A DNA stretch of 64,000 bases, from positions 5,429 through 69,428 of the forward strand of contig JAPSJT010000001.1 of NCBI GenBank assembly GCA_031178045.1, read 5' to 3'. This document shows, piece after piece, positions 10,310-19,612 of the stretch. The notes beneath the pieces are model-generated. The model was not told the origin of the DNA, did no database searches, and saw nothing but the letters and a program-made list of their open reading frames with translations. Each line of letters starts with the position of its first letter. Position 1 is the first letter of the stretch. The DNA comes from Agromyces sp. Lineage in GTDB: Bacteria; Actinomycetota; Actinomycetes; Actinomycetales; Microbacteriaceae. The translations under genes were made by a program, and so were the position numbers.

Positions 10310-12042
10310 GCACCACGACCGCACCGGCTCGGCCGCAGTCGAGCAGCTTGCCGTTCGGCGTTCCGAAGGTCGAGCGCAAGGGCAACATCCTCGTCAAGTG
10401 GATCACCTCGACCGACCACAAGGTCATCGGGTACCTGTACCTGATCACCTCGTTCATCTACTTCTGCATCGGCGGCGTGATGGCGCTGATCATCCGTGCG
10501 CAGCTCTTCGAGCCGGGTCTCGAGATCATCCAGACCCGCGAGCAGTACAACCAGCTGTTCACGATGCACGGCACGATCATGCTGCTCATGTTCGCGACCC
10601 CGCTCTTCGCCGGCTTCGCGAACGTGCTCATGCCGCTGCAGATCGGTGCGCCGGATGTCGCCTTCCCGCGCCTCAACGCGTTCGCGTACTGGCTCTTCAA
10701 CTTCGGTTCGCTGATGGCGGTCGCGGGCTTCTTCACGCCCCAGGGCGCGGCATCCTTCGGATGGTTCGCGTATCAGCCGCTCGCCTCGACGACGTTCTCA
10801 CCAGGGGTCGGCGGCAACCTCTGGATGCTCGGCCTCGGCCTCTCGGGCTTCGGCACGATCCTCGGTGCGGTGAACTTCATCACGACGATCATCACGATGC
10901 GCGCGCCCGGCATGACGATGTTCCGGATGCCGATCTTCACGTGGAACACGCTCGTCACCTCGATCCTCGTGCTCATGGCGTTCCCGGTGCTCGCCGCGGC
11001 GATCCTCGCCGCCGGCGCTGACCGGGTCTTCGGTGCCCACATCTACGATCCCGCGAACGGCGGCGTCATCCTGTGGCAGCACCTGTTCTGGTTCTTCGGG
11101 CACCCTGAGGTGTACATCATCGCGCTGCCGTTCTTCGGCATCGTCTCCGAGGTGTTCCCCGTGTTCAGCCGCAAGCCGATCTTCGGCTACAAGACGCTGA
11201 TCTACGCGACCATCGCGATCGCCGCGCTCTCCGTCACGGTCTGGGCGCACCACATGTACGTCACCGGCTCGGTGCTGCTGCCGTTCTTCGCCCTGATGAC
11301 CATGCTCATCGCGGTGCCGACCGGCGTGAAGATCTTCAACTGGATCGGCACGATGTGGCGTGGCTCCGTGACGTTCGAGACGCCGCTCGTCTGGTCGATC
11401 GGCTTCCTCATCACGTTCGTCTTCGGCGGGCTCACCGGCGTCATCCTCGCCTCGCCGCCGCTCGACTTCCACGTCTCCGACACGTACTTCGTGGTGGCGC
11501 ACTTCCACTACGTCGTGTTCGGCACCGTCGTCTTCGCGATGTTCGCGGGCTTCTACTTCTGGTGGCCCAAGTGGACCGGCAAGATGCTCAACGAGACGCT
11601 CGGCAAGTGGCACTTCTGGCTCCTCTTCATCGGCTTCCACACGACCTTCCTCGTGCAGCACTGGCTCGGTGTGGTCGCGATGCCCCGCCGGTACTACTCC
11701 TACCTGCCCGAAGACAACATCACGTGGATGAACCAGCTCTCGACGATCGGGGCCGGCATCCTGGCGGTCTCGCTCATCCCGTTCTTCCTGAACGTCTATA
11801 TCACCGCCCGTCGCGCGCCCCAGGTCACGGTGAACGACCCGTGGGGCTACGGACGCTCGCTCGAGTGGGCGACGAGCTGCCCGCCCCCGCGGCACAACTT
11901 CACGTCGATCCCGCGCATCCGCTCGGAGGCTCCGGCGTTCGACCTCAACCATCCAGAGGCGGGGATTCCCGTGGGCATCGGCCCGGCGAAGGATGCCCCT
12001 GAGGCACCCGTCTACGACGCGGCGACGAAGGAAGTCAAGTAA
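10306..12042 (+). CDS. ctaD: cytochrome c oxidase subunit I
   Basis: 578 aa. ATGA overlap with the ctaC stop. Canonical '[10 protein letters not shown]' and 'HFHYV' motifs. Confidence 0.95.
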   Translation: MSTTTAPARPQSSSLPFGVPKVERKGNILVKWITSTDHKVIGYLYLITSFIYFCIGGVMALIIRAQLFEPGLEIIQTREQYNQLFTMHGTIMLLMFATPLFAGFANVLMPLQIGAPDVAFPRLNAFAYWLFNFGSLMAVAGFFTPQGAASFGWFAYQPLASTTFSPGVGGNLWMLGLGLSGFGTILGAVNFITTIITMRAPGMTMFRMPIFTWNTLVTSILVLMAFPVLAAAILAAGADRVFGAHIYDPANGGVILWQHLFWFFGHPEVYIIALPFFGIVSEVFPVFSRKPIFGYKTLIYATIAIAALSVTVWAHHMYVTGSVLLPFFALMTMLIAVPTGVKIFNWIGTMWRGSVTFETPLVWSIGFLITFVFGGLTGVILASPPLDFHVSDTYFVVAHFHYVVFGTVVFAMFAGFYFWWPKWTGKMLNETLGKWHFWLLFIGFHTTFLVQHWLGVVAMPRRYYSYLPEDNITWMNQLSTIGAGILAVSLIPFFLNVYITARRAPQVTVNDPWGYGRSLEWATSCPPPRHNFTSIPRIRSEAPAFDLNHPEAGIPVGIGPAKDAPEAPVYDAATKEVK

Positions 12043-12458
12043 TGCGCGCCAATGCCATCCTGTTCTGGATCCTCTCGGCCTTCTTCGCAGCGGCGGCCGC
12101 GCTGTACATCGGGTGGACCTGGATCGATGCCGGAGAGCCCGAGTGGGTCGGGCTCGTCGCGATCTCGCTGAGCGCCGTGCTGGCCGCGTTCATCGCGTTC
12201 TACCTCGGGCGCGTCCACAAGGCACAGGGCGCGGAACTCCCTGAAGACCGGCTCGACGCGAACATCGACGACGGTGACGCCGAACTCGGCTTCTTCAGCC
12301 CGTGGAGCTGGTGGCCGGTCATGCTCGCCGGCGCGGCGGCCCTCCTGTTCCTCGGCCTCGCCGTGGGCTTCTGGATCTCGTTCATCGCCGTCGGCCTCGG
12401 CGTGATCAGCCTCGTGGGCTGGGTGTACGAGTACTACCGAGGCCACTTCGCTCGCTGA
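12042..12458 (+). CDS. ctaF: cytochrome c oxidase subunit 4 (actinobacterial CtaF)
   Basis: 138-aa four-TM protein whose ATG overlaps the ctaD TAA by 1 nt. Position and size fit CtaF. Confidence 0.8.
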   Translation: MRANAILFWILSAFFAAAAALYIGWTWIDAGEPEWVGLVAISLSAVLAAFIAFYLGRVHKAQGAELPEDRLDANIDDGDAELGFFSPWSWWPVMLAGAAALLFLGLAVGFWISFIAVGLGVISLVGWVYEYYRGHFAR

Positions 12459-12470
12459 GTCGATCCTCAC

Positions 12471-12500
12471 GAATGCCCGGGGCCGGCGCCCCGGGCATTC
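12471..12500. terminator. bidirectional stem-loop between convergent ctaF and a methyltransferase gene
   Basis: GAATGCCCGGGG-ccggcg-CCCCGGGCATTC, a perfect 12-bp stem. Confidence 0.55.
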
Positions 12501-12536
12501 GCGTGTCCAGGCCGACCCGAGGGGCCGCCGAACGCG

Positions 12537-13193
12537 TCACGCCCGCACGAACCCGGCCACGTTCCAGACGGGGCCTCGTCGTCGCCCGAGGGGCCGCAGA
12601 CCGCGCTCTCGAAGCACGCGGAACATCTCGTCGGGGCGGTGCACGAATCCCTGATAGCTGCGGTCACCGAGCCGGAGCGCGAGGTTGCTGAGCCGCACGA
12701 ACGCACGGCTCAGCCAGTTCGACGGCGGGTAGCTGAACACGACGGCTCGTCGGGCGTGATCGGCCGCGGCTGTCAGCAGGCGCGCGGCGTCGTCGTAACA
12801 GCACACGACGCGGTGCAGCACGACGACATCGGCGGTCTCGACGAGCTGCGGCCGGCGCGCGATATCGATGCCGACGCGCCGGCGAACACGTTCGGTGACG
12901 CCGGCCTCCTCGATCAAGCGCGCCGCCTCCGTCTCGTACGCGGCCGCCAGTTCGAGGTTGGCGGTGCTCGACGCTCCTCTCGCAAGGAGCTCGAGCTGGA
13001 TCTCACCGACCCCGCCGCCGATCTCGAGCACGGATGCGCCGTCGATCCCGACGGCTGTCGCGAACTCCACGATCCGTCGTTCGGCGCGCGACAATCCGTG
13101 CCGTCGATAGCGGCGCGCGACGGCCCTCGCGAATCGTTCGTCGAAGACCGCGTCGTACTTGTCGGAGCCGTCGGCCCCGCAGCACGCGTCCAT
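12537..13193 (-). CDS. class I SAM-dependent methyltransferase
   Basis: 218 aa with an ATG start. SAM motif I 'VLEIGGGVGE'. The N-terminus 'MDACCG' is unusual. Confidence 0.7.
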   Translation of the reverse strand: MDACCGADGSDKYDAVFDERFARAVARRYRRHGLSRAERRIVEFATAVGIDGASVLEIGGGVGEIQLELLARGASSTANLELAAAYETEAARLIEEAGVTERVRRRVGIDIARRPQLVETADVVVLHRVVCCYDDAARLLTAAADHARRAVVFSYPPSNWLSRAFVRLSNLALRLGDRSYQGFVHRPDEMFRVLRERGLRPLGRRRGPVWNVAGFVRA

Positions 13194-13214
13194 TCCTCAA
13201 GTATGGTGCGTTGA

Positions 13215-14081
13215 TCAGGACGACGAGCCGCTTCGCCCGAAGACGAAGACGAGGACGTCGACGGAGACGGTGAGCGGCTGGGGTGCCCCGTTGTCCCCGG
13301 TCGTCCTCCCCGCAAGGGCACCGGCGTGGTGCGCCGAAGGGCCCATTCCCGCCAGCTGCGCCCGAACCGTGGCATCCGCCTCAGGCCGGTACTCGACCGG
13401 GGTCCGCTCGAAGAGCGTCAATCCCGCGCCATCGAACTGGTCGACGACACGCTCCGCCTTGCCCTCTGGGATCTCGAGGAGCTCCCCGGCGGCACGGAGC
13501 TCGCGCAGATGCCTCGCCGTGGGCACCACCACGATCAGGCGTCCGCGTGGACGCAGGATCCGAGCGAACTCGCTCGGGTGTCGTGGAGCGAAGACGTTCA
13601 GCACGACGTCGGCGATGTCATCGCGTAGGGGGAGAGGTTGCCAGAGGTCGAGGACGACGCCCGTCGCGCGGGGGAGATCCCGTGTCGCCACGCGCACGGC
13701 GATGGGGGAGCGATCGGCAGCCAAGAAGGTCGACAGGGGGACGGCGTCTGCGACTCGAGCCGCGTAGTAGCCGGTTCCGCACCCGAGGTCGGCGACGCGG
13801 GCCGGCTCGCCGGAGAGTCGAAGCCCCCCGGTGTCGGCGGCCTCGACGACCGCATCGGCGATCGGCCCGAACAGGCCGGTGTCGAGCACGTCGCGGCGAG
13901 CGTCGAGCATTTCGCGGGTGTCGCCGACGGTCTTCGGGGTCCGCGGCGGAAGCAACGTGACGGTGCCCTGGCGCGAGACATCGAAGCGATGACCGTTCGC
14001 GCAGCCGATCGAGAGGTCGTCGATGGCAGAGAGGTTCTCGAAACAGTTCGGGCACCGGAACCACGTCGCGTCGAACGACAT
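13215..14081 (-). CDS. RlmA-like (rRNA guanine-N1) methyltransferase with N-terminal zinc ribbon
   Basis: 288 aa. 'CPNCFENL...CANGHRFD' Zn-ribbon followed by 'VADLGCGTGYY' SAM motif, the architecture of RlmA-type enzymes. Confidence 0.65.
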   Translation of the reverse strand: MSFDATWFRCPNCFENLSAIDDLSIGCANGHRFDVSRQGTVTLLPPRTPKTVGDTREMLDARRDVLDTGLFGPIADAVVEAADTGGLRLSGEPARVADLGCGTGYYAARVADAVPLSTFLAADRSPIAVRVATRDLPRATGVVLDLWQPLPLRDDIADVVLNVFAPRHPSEFARILRPRGRLIVVVPTARHLRELRAAGELLEIPEGKAERVVDQFDGAGLTLFERTPVEYRPEADATVRAQLAGMGPSAHHAGALAGRTTGDNGAPQPLTVSVDVLVFVFGRSGSSS

Positions 14082-14113
14082 GGTCCCGGTGCCCGAACCC
14101 GTGAGCCGGTGGC

Positions 14114-15772
14114 TCAGTGCTGCGACGACTGTGCCGCTTCGAGCTCACCCGCGGGAGCCGGGGCGTGGTGCAGGGCGTGCGCCGCCTCGAGCTCGGCCCG
14201 GGTGACCGGAGCGATGCGGTCTTCGAAGAACCAGCGCGACACGGCCGCACGAACCCGCTGACCCACCGTGATCTTGCCGCGCGCGTTGGGGCGCAGCATG
14301 AGCGGCTGGTAGCTGTCGTAGCTCACGAGCTTCCAGCGGTCGTACTCGTCGAGCGGCTGGTGCACCTCGATGAATTCGCCGCCCGGCAGCTTCACGATGC
14401 GCCCGGACTCGAACCCGTGGAGCACGATCTCGCGGTCCTTCTTCTGCAGCGCGATGCAGACGCGCTTGGCGATGAAGTACGCGATGAACGGCCCGACGAT
14501 CACGGTGGCCTGGAGGGCGTGGATGACCCCCTCCATCGTCAGCGAGAAATGCGTCGCCAGGATGTCCGAGCTCGCCGCCGCCCACAGCCCGGCGTAGAAC
14601 GTCACGCCGGCCGCACCGATCGCGGTGCGGGTCGGGTTGTTGCGAGGACGGTCCGCGATGTGGTGCTCGCGCTTGTCGCCCGTGACCCACGCCTCGATGA
14701 AGGGGTAGATCAGCACCATGACGATGAATCCGCCGAGCACGATGAGCGGCACGAGGATGTTGAACGACCAGGTGCGGTCGAGCCACACGAACTCCCATCC
14801 CGGCGGGATGAGTCGCAGCGCACCGTCGGCGAACCCGATGTACCAGTCGGGCTGGGTGCCGGCGGAGACGGGTGAAGGGTCGTACGGGCCGTAGTTCCAG
14901 ATCGGGTTGATCGTGAAGAACGACGCGATGAGGGCGAGCACACCGAAGACGATGAAGAAGAAGCCACCGGCCTTCGCCGCGTACGTCGGGAGGATGGGCG
15001 GGCCGACCGCGTTCAGCTGCGTCTTGCCGGGAGCGGCGTACTGCGTGTGCTTGTGCACGACGACGTAGAGGAGATGGATCGCAACGAGTGCGACGAGCAG
15101 TGCCGGCAGCAGCAGGATGTGCAGGGTGTAGAGACGCCCCACGATCGCGGTGCCGGGGAACTCCCCGCCGAACAACAGGAACGACGTCCACGTGCCGATG
15201 AGCGGCATGCCCTTGATCATGCCGTCGATGATGCGGAGGCCGTTGCCCGAGAGCAGGTCGTCGGGAAGCGAGTAGCCGGTGAAGCCCTCACCCATCGCGA
15301 GGATGAACATCACGAAGCCGACCACCCAGTTGAGCTCGCGCGGCTTGCGGAAGGCGCCCGTGAAGAAGATGCGCAGCATGTGCAGCCCGATGCCGGCGAT
15401 GAACAGCAGCGCAGCCCAGTGGTGCATCTGACGAACGAAGAGTCCGCCTCGCACGTCGAACGAGATGTCGAGGGTCGAGGCCATCGCCACCGACATCTCC
15501 ACGCCCTTCAGCGGCACGTACGAACCGTCGTAGTGCACCTCGGCCATCGAGGCCTGGAAGAAGAACGTCAGGAACGTGCCGGTGATGAGCACCACGACGA
15601 AGGAGAACAGCGCCACCTCGCCGAGCAGGAACGACCAGTGGTCGGGGAAGGCCTTGCGGCCGAGCTCCTTGACGAACCCGGCGAGACTCGTGCGCTCATT
15701 GACGTAGACGGACGCGGCGCTCGTGAAGGACTGCTTCGGCTGCGTTCCGTTCGGGGACGTTGCGGTGCTCAA
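14114..15772 (-). CDS. qcrB: cytochrome bc1 complex cytochrome b subunit
   Basis: Part of ORF 14114..15934. I place the start at TTG 15772, which overlaps the qcrA stop (TTGA). That gives about 552 aa beginning (M)STATSPNGTQPK, as in other actinobacterial QcrB. Multiple TM helices with heme-ligand histidines. Confidence 0.9.
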   Translation of the reverse strand: MSTATSPNGTQPKQSFTSAASVYVNERTSLAGFVKELGRKAFPDHWSFLLGEVALFSFVVVLITGTFLTFFFQASMAEVHYDGSYVPLKGVEMSVAMASTLDISFDVRGGLFVRQMHHWAALLFIAGIGLHMLRIFFTGAFRKPRELNWVVGFVMFILAMGEGFTGYSLPDDLLSGNGLRIIDGMIKGMPLIGTWTSFLLFGGEFPGTAIVGRLYTLHILLLPALLVALVAIHLLYVVVHKHTQYAAPGKTQLNAVGPPILPTYAAKAGGFFFIVFGVLALIASFFTINPIWNYGPYDPSPVSAGTQPDWYIGFADGALRLIPPGWEFVWLDRTWSFNILVPLIVLGGFIVMVLIYPFIEAWVTGDKREHHIADRPRNNPTRTAIGAAGVTFYAGLWAAASSDILATHFSLTMEGVIHALQATVIVGPFIAYFIAKRVCIALQKKDREIVLHGFESGRIVKLPGGEFIEVHQPLDEYDRWKLVSYDSYQPLMLRPNARGKITVGQRVRAAVSRWFFEDRIAPVTRAELEAAHALHHAPAPAGELEAAQSSQH

Positions 15773-16845
15773 TTTCGCTCCCAGAAACTCGGGCCGACGG
15801 GTTCGGTGAAGTCGCTCTGCGCGACGAGGTAGCCCTCGTCGTCGACGGCGATCGGCAGCTGGGGCAGCGGCCGCTTGGCCGGGCCGAAGATGACCTCGCA
15901 GTGGTTCGCGACGTCGAACTGCGACTGGTGGCACGGGCAGAGCAGGTGGTGGGTGTGCTGCTCGTAGAGGGCGACGGGACAGCCGACGTGCGTGCAGATC
16001 TTCGAGTACGCGACGATCCCGTCATACGACCACGACGCGCGCTCGGGAAGCTCGTTGAGCTCGCTCGGCTCGAGGCGCATGAGGAGGACGGCGGCCTTCG
16101 CCTTCTCTTCGAGCTTGCCGTGCTCGAGGTCGGCGAGGCCTTCGGGGATGACGTGGAACGCGCTGCCGATCGTGACATCCGACGCCTTGATGGGTGCGCC
16201 CGAGGGATCGAGCGCCAGCCGCGTGCCCTGCTTCCACATCGTGTGGTTCAGGAGCTCGACCGGGTTCTGATCCTGCGGTGCGAAGCCGCGGAACAGGACG
16301 ACGGCCGGCAGCGGGAACGCGATGAGCGCTCCGATGAGGCTGTTGCGGATGACCGATCGCCGGCTGAAGCCGGACTCGCGGTCGGCATCGGCGAACACCT
16401 GCGCGGCCGCGGCCCTCGTCTCGGGGGATCCGCCGACCGGGTGACGCTCGTCGGCGAGCTCGACGTCGACCATGACGGACTTGGCCCAGTGCACCGCGCC
16501 GAAACCGATGCCGAACAGCGCGAGCGTCGCTCCGAGGCCGATGAACATGTTGTTCAGCCGGACGGCATCGACGTCGTTGCCCTCGATCGGGAAGAGCATG
16601 TACGCCGCGACGGCCCACACGCTGCCGAGGATCGACAGGTAGAAGAGCGTGTAGACGGTGCGCTGCGCGCGCTTGGCGCGCTTCGGGTCCTCATCGGTGA
16701 CGCGAGGGCGGTGAGGCGGGAAGCCCGGGTTCTCGAAGCCGTCGGTGGTGATGAGCGCCGTACCGGGCGAAGCGACGGAATCGTGCGCGGCGTGCGACGA
16801 GTCGGCAGCGGCGAGCTCGGCGCCGCTGTGGTCGTCCTGTGCCAT
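15769..16845 (-). CDS. qcrA: cytochrome bc1 complex Rieske iron-sulfur subunit
   Basis: 358 aa with a strong AAGGAGAA SD. Rieske boxes 'CTHVGCP' and 'CPCHQSQF'. Confidence 0.95.
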   Translation of the reverse strand: MAQDDHSGAELAAADSSHAAHDSVASPGTALITTDGFENPGFPPHRPRVTDEDPKRAKRAQRTVYTLFYLSILGSVWAVAAYMLFPIEGNDVDAVRLNNMFIGLGATLALFGIGFGAVHWAKSVMVDVELADERHPVGGSPETRAAAAQVFADADRESGFSRRSVIRNSLIGALIAFPLPAVVLFRGFAPQDQNPVELLNHTMWKQGTRLALDPSGAPIKASDVTIGSAFHVIPEGLADLEHGKLEEKAKAAVLLMRLEPSELNELPERASWSYDGIVAYSKICTHVGCPVALYEQHTHHLLCPCHQSQFDVANHCEVIFGPAKRPLPQLPIAVDDEGYLVAQSDFTEPVGPSFWERN

Positions 16846-16882
16846 GGTTCTCCTTCTCGAGATTCTTCGATGCCGGCGGGCG

Positions 16883-17701
16883 CTAGTTGGACTTCGCCGT
16901 GATCCACACGGTGATCGCGACGATGGCGCCGAGACCGAAGATCCAGATGAACAGGCCCTCCGCGACCGGCCCGAGCGAGCCGAGCTCGAATCCTCCGGGC
17001 GAACGGTTGTCTTGTACGTACTTCAGGTACGTGATGATGTCGCGCTTGTCTTCGGGCGAGATGTTGAGGTCGTTGAAGACCGGCATGTTCTGGGGGCCGG
17101 TGACCATCGCCTCGTAGATGTGCACACCCGAGACATCCGTCAGCGGGGGAGCGTACTTGCCCTCGGTGAGCGCGCCGCCCGCACCGGCCACGTTGTGGCA
17201 CATCGCGCAGTTGATGCGGAAGAGCTCGGCGCCGTTGGCCGCGTCGCCGCCGCCGTCGACGAGATGGTCTTCGGGGATGTCGGGGCCGGGGCCGAGCGAG
17301 GCCACGTAGTAGGCGAGCTGCTTGACCTGCTCGTCGGTGAACTGCACGGGCTTCTCCTGCGCCTGCGGGCCCTGCATCTGCATCGGCATGCGACCGGTGC
17401 CGACCTGGAAGTCGACTGATGCGGCGCCCACGCCGATGAGGCTCGGCCCGGTGCCGGTGCCCTGCGCCTCGAGGCCGTGGCACGTGGCGCAGTTGGCCTG
17501 GAAGAGCTTCTTGCCCTCTTCGATCGTCTGCTGCGAGGTCGGCTCCGCCTCGGCCTGCGCGGCCGTACCGGAGCTGATCGCCGCGTAGGCTCCGCCGGTG
17601 AAGACGAGGCCGAGTGCGAGCAGAGCGACGGTGGCGAGCGGGTGCCGGCGTCCGGTGCGTCGCTTCGATCGGTTCATGGGGTTCTTCCTGTTCGCGGGCA
17701 T
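16883..17701 (-). CDS. qcrC: cytochrome bc1 complex diheme cytochrome c subunit
   Basis: 272 aa with two heme c motifs, CATCH and CAMCH. The internal ATG at 17677 (MNRSKRR...) has the better SD (AGGAAG) and may be the true start. Confidence 0.9.
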   Translation of the reverse strand: MPANRKNPMNRSKRRTGRRHPLATVALLALGLVFTGGAYAAISSGTAAQAEAEPTSQQTIEEGKKLFQANCATCHGLEAQGTGTGPSLIGVGAASVDFQVGTGRMPMQMQGPQAQEKPVQFTDEQVKQLAYYVASLGPGPDIPEDHLVDGGGDAANGAELFRINCAMCHNVAGAGGALTEGKYAPPLTDVSGVHIYEAMVTGPQNMPVFNDLNISPEDKRDIITYLKYVQDNRSPGGFELGSLGPVAEGLFIWIFGLGAIVAITVWITAKSN

Positions 17702-17726
17702 GCGGTTCGTGTCGCTCCTGCCGGGC

Positions 17727-18365
17727 TTACTTGAGGACGTAGATGACGAGGAACAGGCCGATCCACACGACGTCGACGAAGTGCCAGTAGTACGAGACGA
17801 CGATGGCGCTCGTGGCCTCGCGGTGGCCGAAGTTCTTGACGGCGAACACGCGACCGATGACGAGGAGGAAGGCGATGAGCCCGCCCGTCACGTGCAGGCC
17901 GTGGAATCCCGTGGTGAGGTAGAAGGCGGAGCCGTACGAGTTCGAGTCGATCGCGATGCCCTCGGAGACGAGCGTCGCGTACTCCCAGACCTGGCCGGCG
18001 ACGAAGATGGCACCCATCGCATAGGTGAGGAAGAACCACTCGACCATGCCCCACTGGTTCGGCTTCCAGCCGGTGGCGTACGGCTGCAGCCGCTCTGCTG
18101 CGAACACGCCGAACTGGCAGGTGACCGAGGACAGCACGAGGATGATCGTGTTCGTCAGCGAGAACGGGAAGTTCAGCCGATCCGCCTCGAACGCCCACAG
18201 GTCGGGCGACGTCGACCGGAGCGTGAAGTAGATCGCGAAGAGCCCCGCGAAGAACATGACTTCGCTGCCGAGCCAGACGATCGTGCCCACCGCCACGGTG
18301 TTCGGTCGCTTGATCACGGGCGCGCTCGCCTGATAAGTGATTGAGGTGCTCGTCACGCTCCCCAT
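17727..18365 (-). CDS. ctaE: cytochrome c oxidase subunit III
   Basis: ORF 17727..18380 opens with TTG. The first ATG (18365, MGSVTSTS...) gives an N-terminal length like that of other actinobacterial CtaE. '[19 protein letters not shown]' and '[11 protein letters not shown]' are conserved. Confidence 0.9.
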   Translation of the reverse strand: MGSVTSTSITYQASAPVIKRPNTVAVGTIVWLGSEVMFFAGLFAIYFTLRSTSPDLWAFEADRLNFPFSLTNTIILVLSSVTCQFGVFAAERLQPYATGWKPNQWGMVEWFFLTYAMGAIFVAGQVWEYATLVSEGIAIDSNSYGSAFYLTTGFHGLHVTGGLIAFLLVIGRVFAVKNFGHREATSAIVVSYYWHFVDVVWIGLFLVIYVLK

Positions 18366-18424
18366 TATGGCTGATTTCAAGGCTGAGTTTTCGTCAAACG
18401 GGGGAGTCCTCTCGACGTCGAACG

Positions 18425-18478
18425 GTTAGGGAATCCTAACTTCGCGATCGGTTCGCGCCGTGAATCCACCGTGAATCC
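18425..18478. promoter_or_regulatory. three copies of G(G/T)GAATCC in the ctaE/trpD divergent intergenic region
   Basis: One copy lies in the perfect palindrome GTTAGG-GAAT-CCTAAC (18425-18440). Two copies form the direct repeat CCGTGAATCC at 18458-18467 and 18469-18478, spaced 11 bp apart. Confidence 0.35.
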
Positions 18479-18484
18479 CGTCGG

Positions 18485-18490
18485 TAGGAT
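18485..18490 (+). promoter_or_regulatory. candidate -10 hexamer TAGGAT for a leaderless trpD mRNA
   Basis: The TANNNT hexamer ends 6 nt before the trpD ATG (18497), and there is no SD. Confidence 0.35.
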
Positions 18491-18496
18491 CGGTCC

Positions 18497-19549
18497 ATGC
18501 CCGCCCAACACAACTGGCCGACCATCATCTCCATGCTGCTCGACGGCGAAGACCTCAGCGTGTCGGATGCGGCGTGGTGCATGGAGCAGGTCATGACGGG
18601 CACCGTCACGCCGGCACAGCTCGCCGGCTTCCTCGTCGCGCTGCGCGTGAAGGGCGAGACCGTCGACGAGATCGTCGGCTTCAGGGATGCGGTGCTCGAG
18701 CACGCCATCCCGCTCCCGGTCGACCCGATGGCGCTCGACATCGTCGGCACCGGCGGCGACCGGTTCGGCACGGTGAACGTGTCGACCATGGCCTCGATCG
18801 TCGCCGCGGCATCCGGCGTGCCCGTCATCAAGCACGGCAATCGGGCCGCGAGCTCGTCGTCGGGCTCCTCCGACGTGCTCGCGGCGCTCGGGCTCGACCT
18901 CTCGCTCTCCGCCGAGCGCGTCGCCCAGGTGCTCGGCGAGGCGGGCATCACCTTCGCCTACGCCGCGGCGTTCCATCCCGGTTTCCGGCACGCCGGAGCC
19001 GTGAGGGCGGAACTCGGCGTACCCACCGTCTTCAACTTCCTCGGCCCGCTCTGCAACCCCGCTCGTCCCGAGGCATCCGCCGTCGGCGTGGCACATCTGG
19101 ATCGGGTGCCCCTGATCGTCGGCGTGTTCCAGACGAGAGGTGCGACGGCGCTCGTGTTCCGCGGCGACGACGGACTCGATGAACTCACCACGACCGGGCA
19201 CAGCCACATGTGGGAGGTGTCGCTCGGAACCGTGAAGGAGCACGACCTCGACCCCCGCGATCTCGGCATCGGTCGCGCGAGCATCGAGCAGCTCGCCGGC
19301 GGCGATGCCGCGCACAATGCGGAGATCGTCCACGAGGTACTGGGGGGCGCTCGCGGGCCGGTGCGCGACATCGTGGTGCTCAACGCGGCGGCCGGTCTCG
19401 TCTCGTTCGAGCTCGCCCAGGATCCGGCGCAGCTGCAGCGGGCGATCCTCGACCGTTTCCGCGACAAGATGGCCGTCGCCGAAGCGGCGATCGACAGCGG
19501 AGCGGCGGCCCGCAAGCTCGAGCAGTGGATCAGCGCCACCACGCGTTGA
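18497..19549 (+). CDS. trpD: anthranilate phosphoribosyltransferase
   Basis: 350 aa. 'DIVGTGGD' and 'KHGNRAASSSSGSSDVL' motifs. The conserved actinobacterial neighbourhood next to ctaE is present. Confidence 0.95.
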   Translation: MPAQHNWPTIISMLLDGEDLSVSDAAWCMEQVMTGTVTPAQLAGFLVALRVKGETVDEIVGFRDAVLEHAIPLPVDPMALDIVGTGGDRFGTVNVSTMASIVAAASGVPVIKHGNRAASSSSGSSDVLAALGLDLSLSAERVAQVLGEAGITFAYAAAFHPGFRHAGAVRAELGVPTVFNFLGPLCNPARPEASAVGVAHLDRVPLIVGVFQTRGATALVFRGDDGLDELTTTGHSHMWEVSLGTVKEHDLDPRDLGIGRASIEQLAGGDAAHNAEIVHEVLGGARGPVRDIVVLNAAAGLVSFELAQDPAQLQRAILDRFRDKMAVAEAAIDSGAAARKLEQWISATTR

Positions 19550-19567
19550 CTCGGCATCCGACGCAGT

Positions 19568-19603
19568 GAGAAGGGCCCCCGCCGATCGACGGGGGCCCTT
19601 CTC
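19568..19603. terminator. bidirectional stem-loop between convergent trpD and glpK
   Basis: GAGAAGGGCCCCC-N10-GGGGGCCCTTCTC, a perfect 13-bp stem. Confidence 0.6.
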
Positions 19604-19612
19604 ATATCGCGA

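Noticed and set aside
15773-15934. 54-codon N-terminal extension of qcrB offered by the ORF track
   Set aside because: It would overlap the 3' end of qcrA by 166 nt, and it translates to an Arg/Pro-rich segment. TTG 15772, overlapping the qcrA stop, gives a QcrB of normal length.
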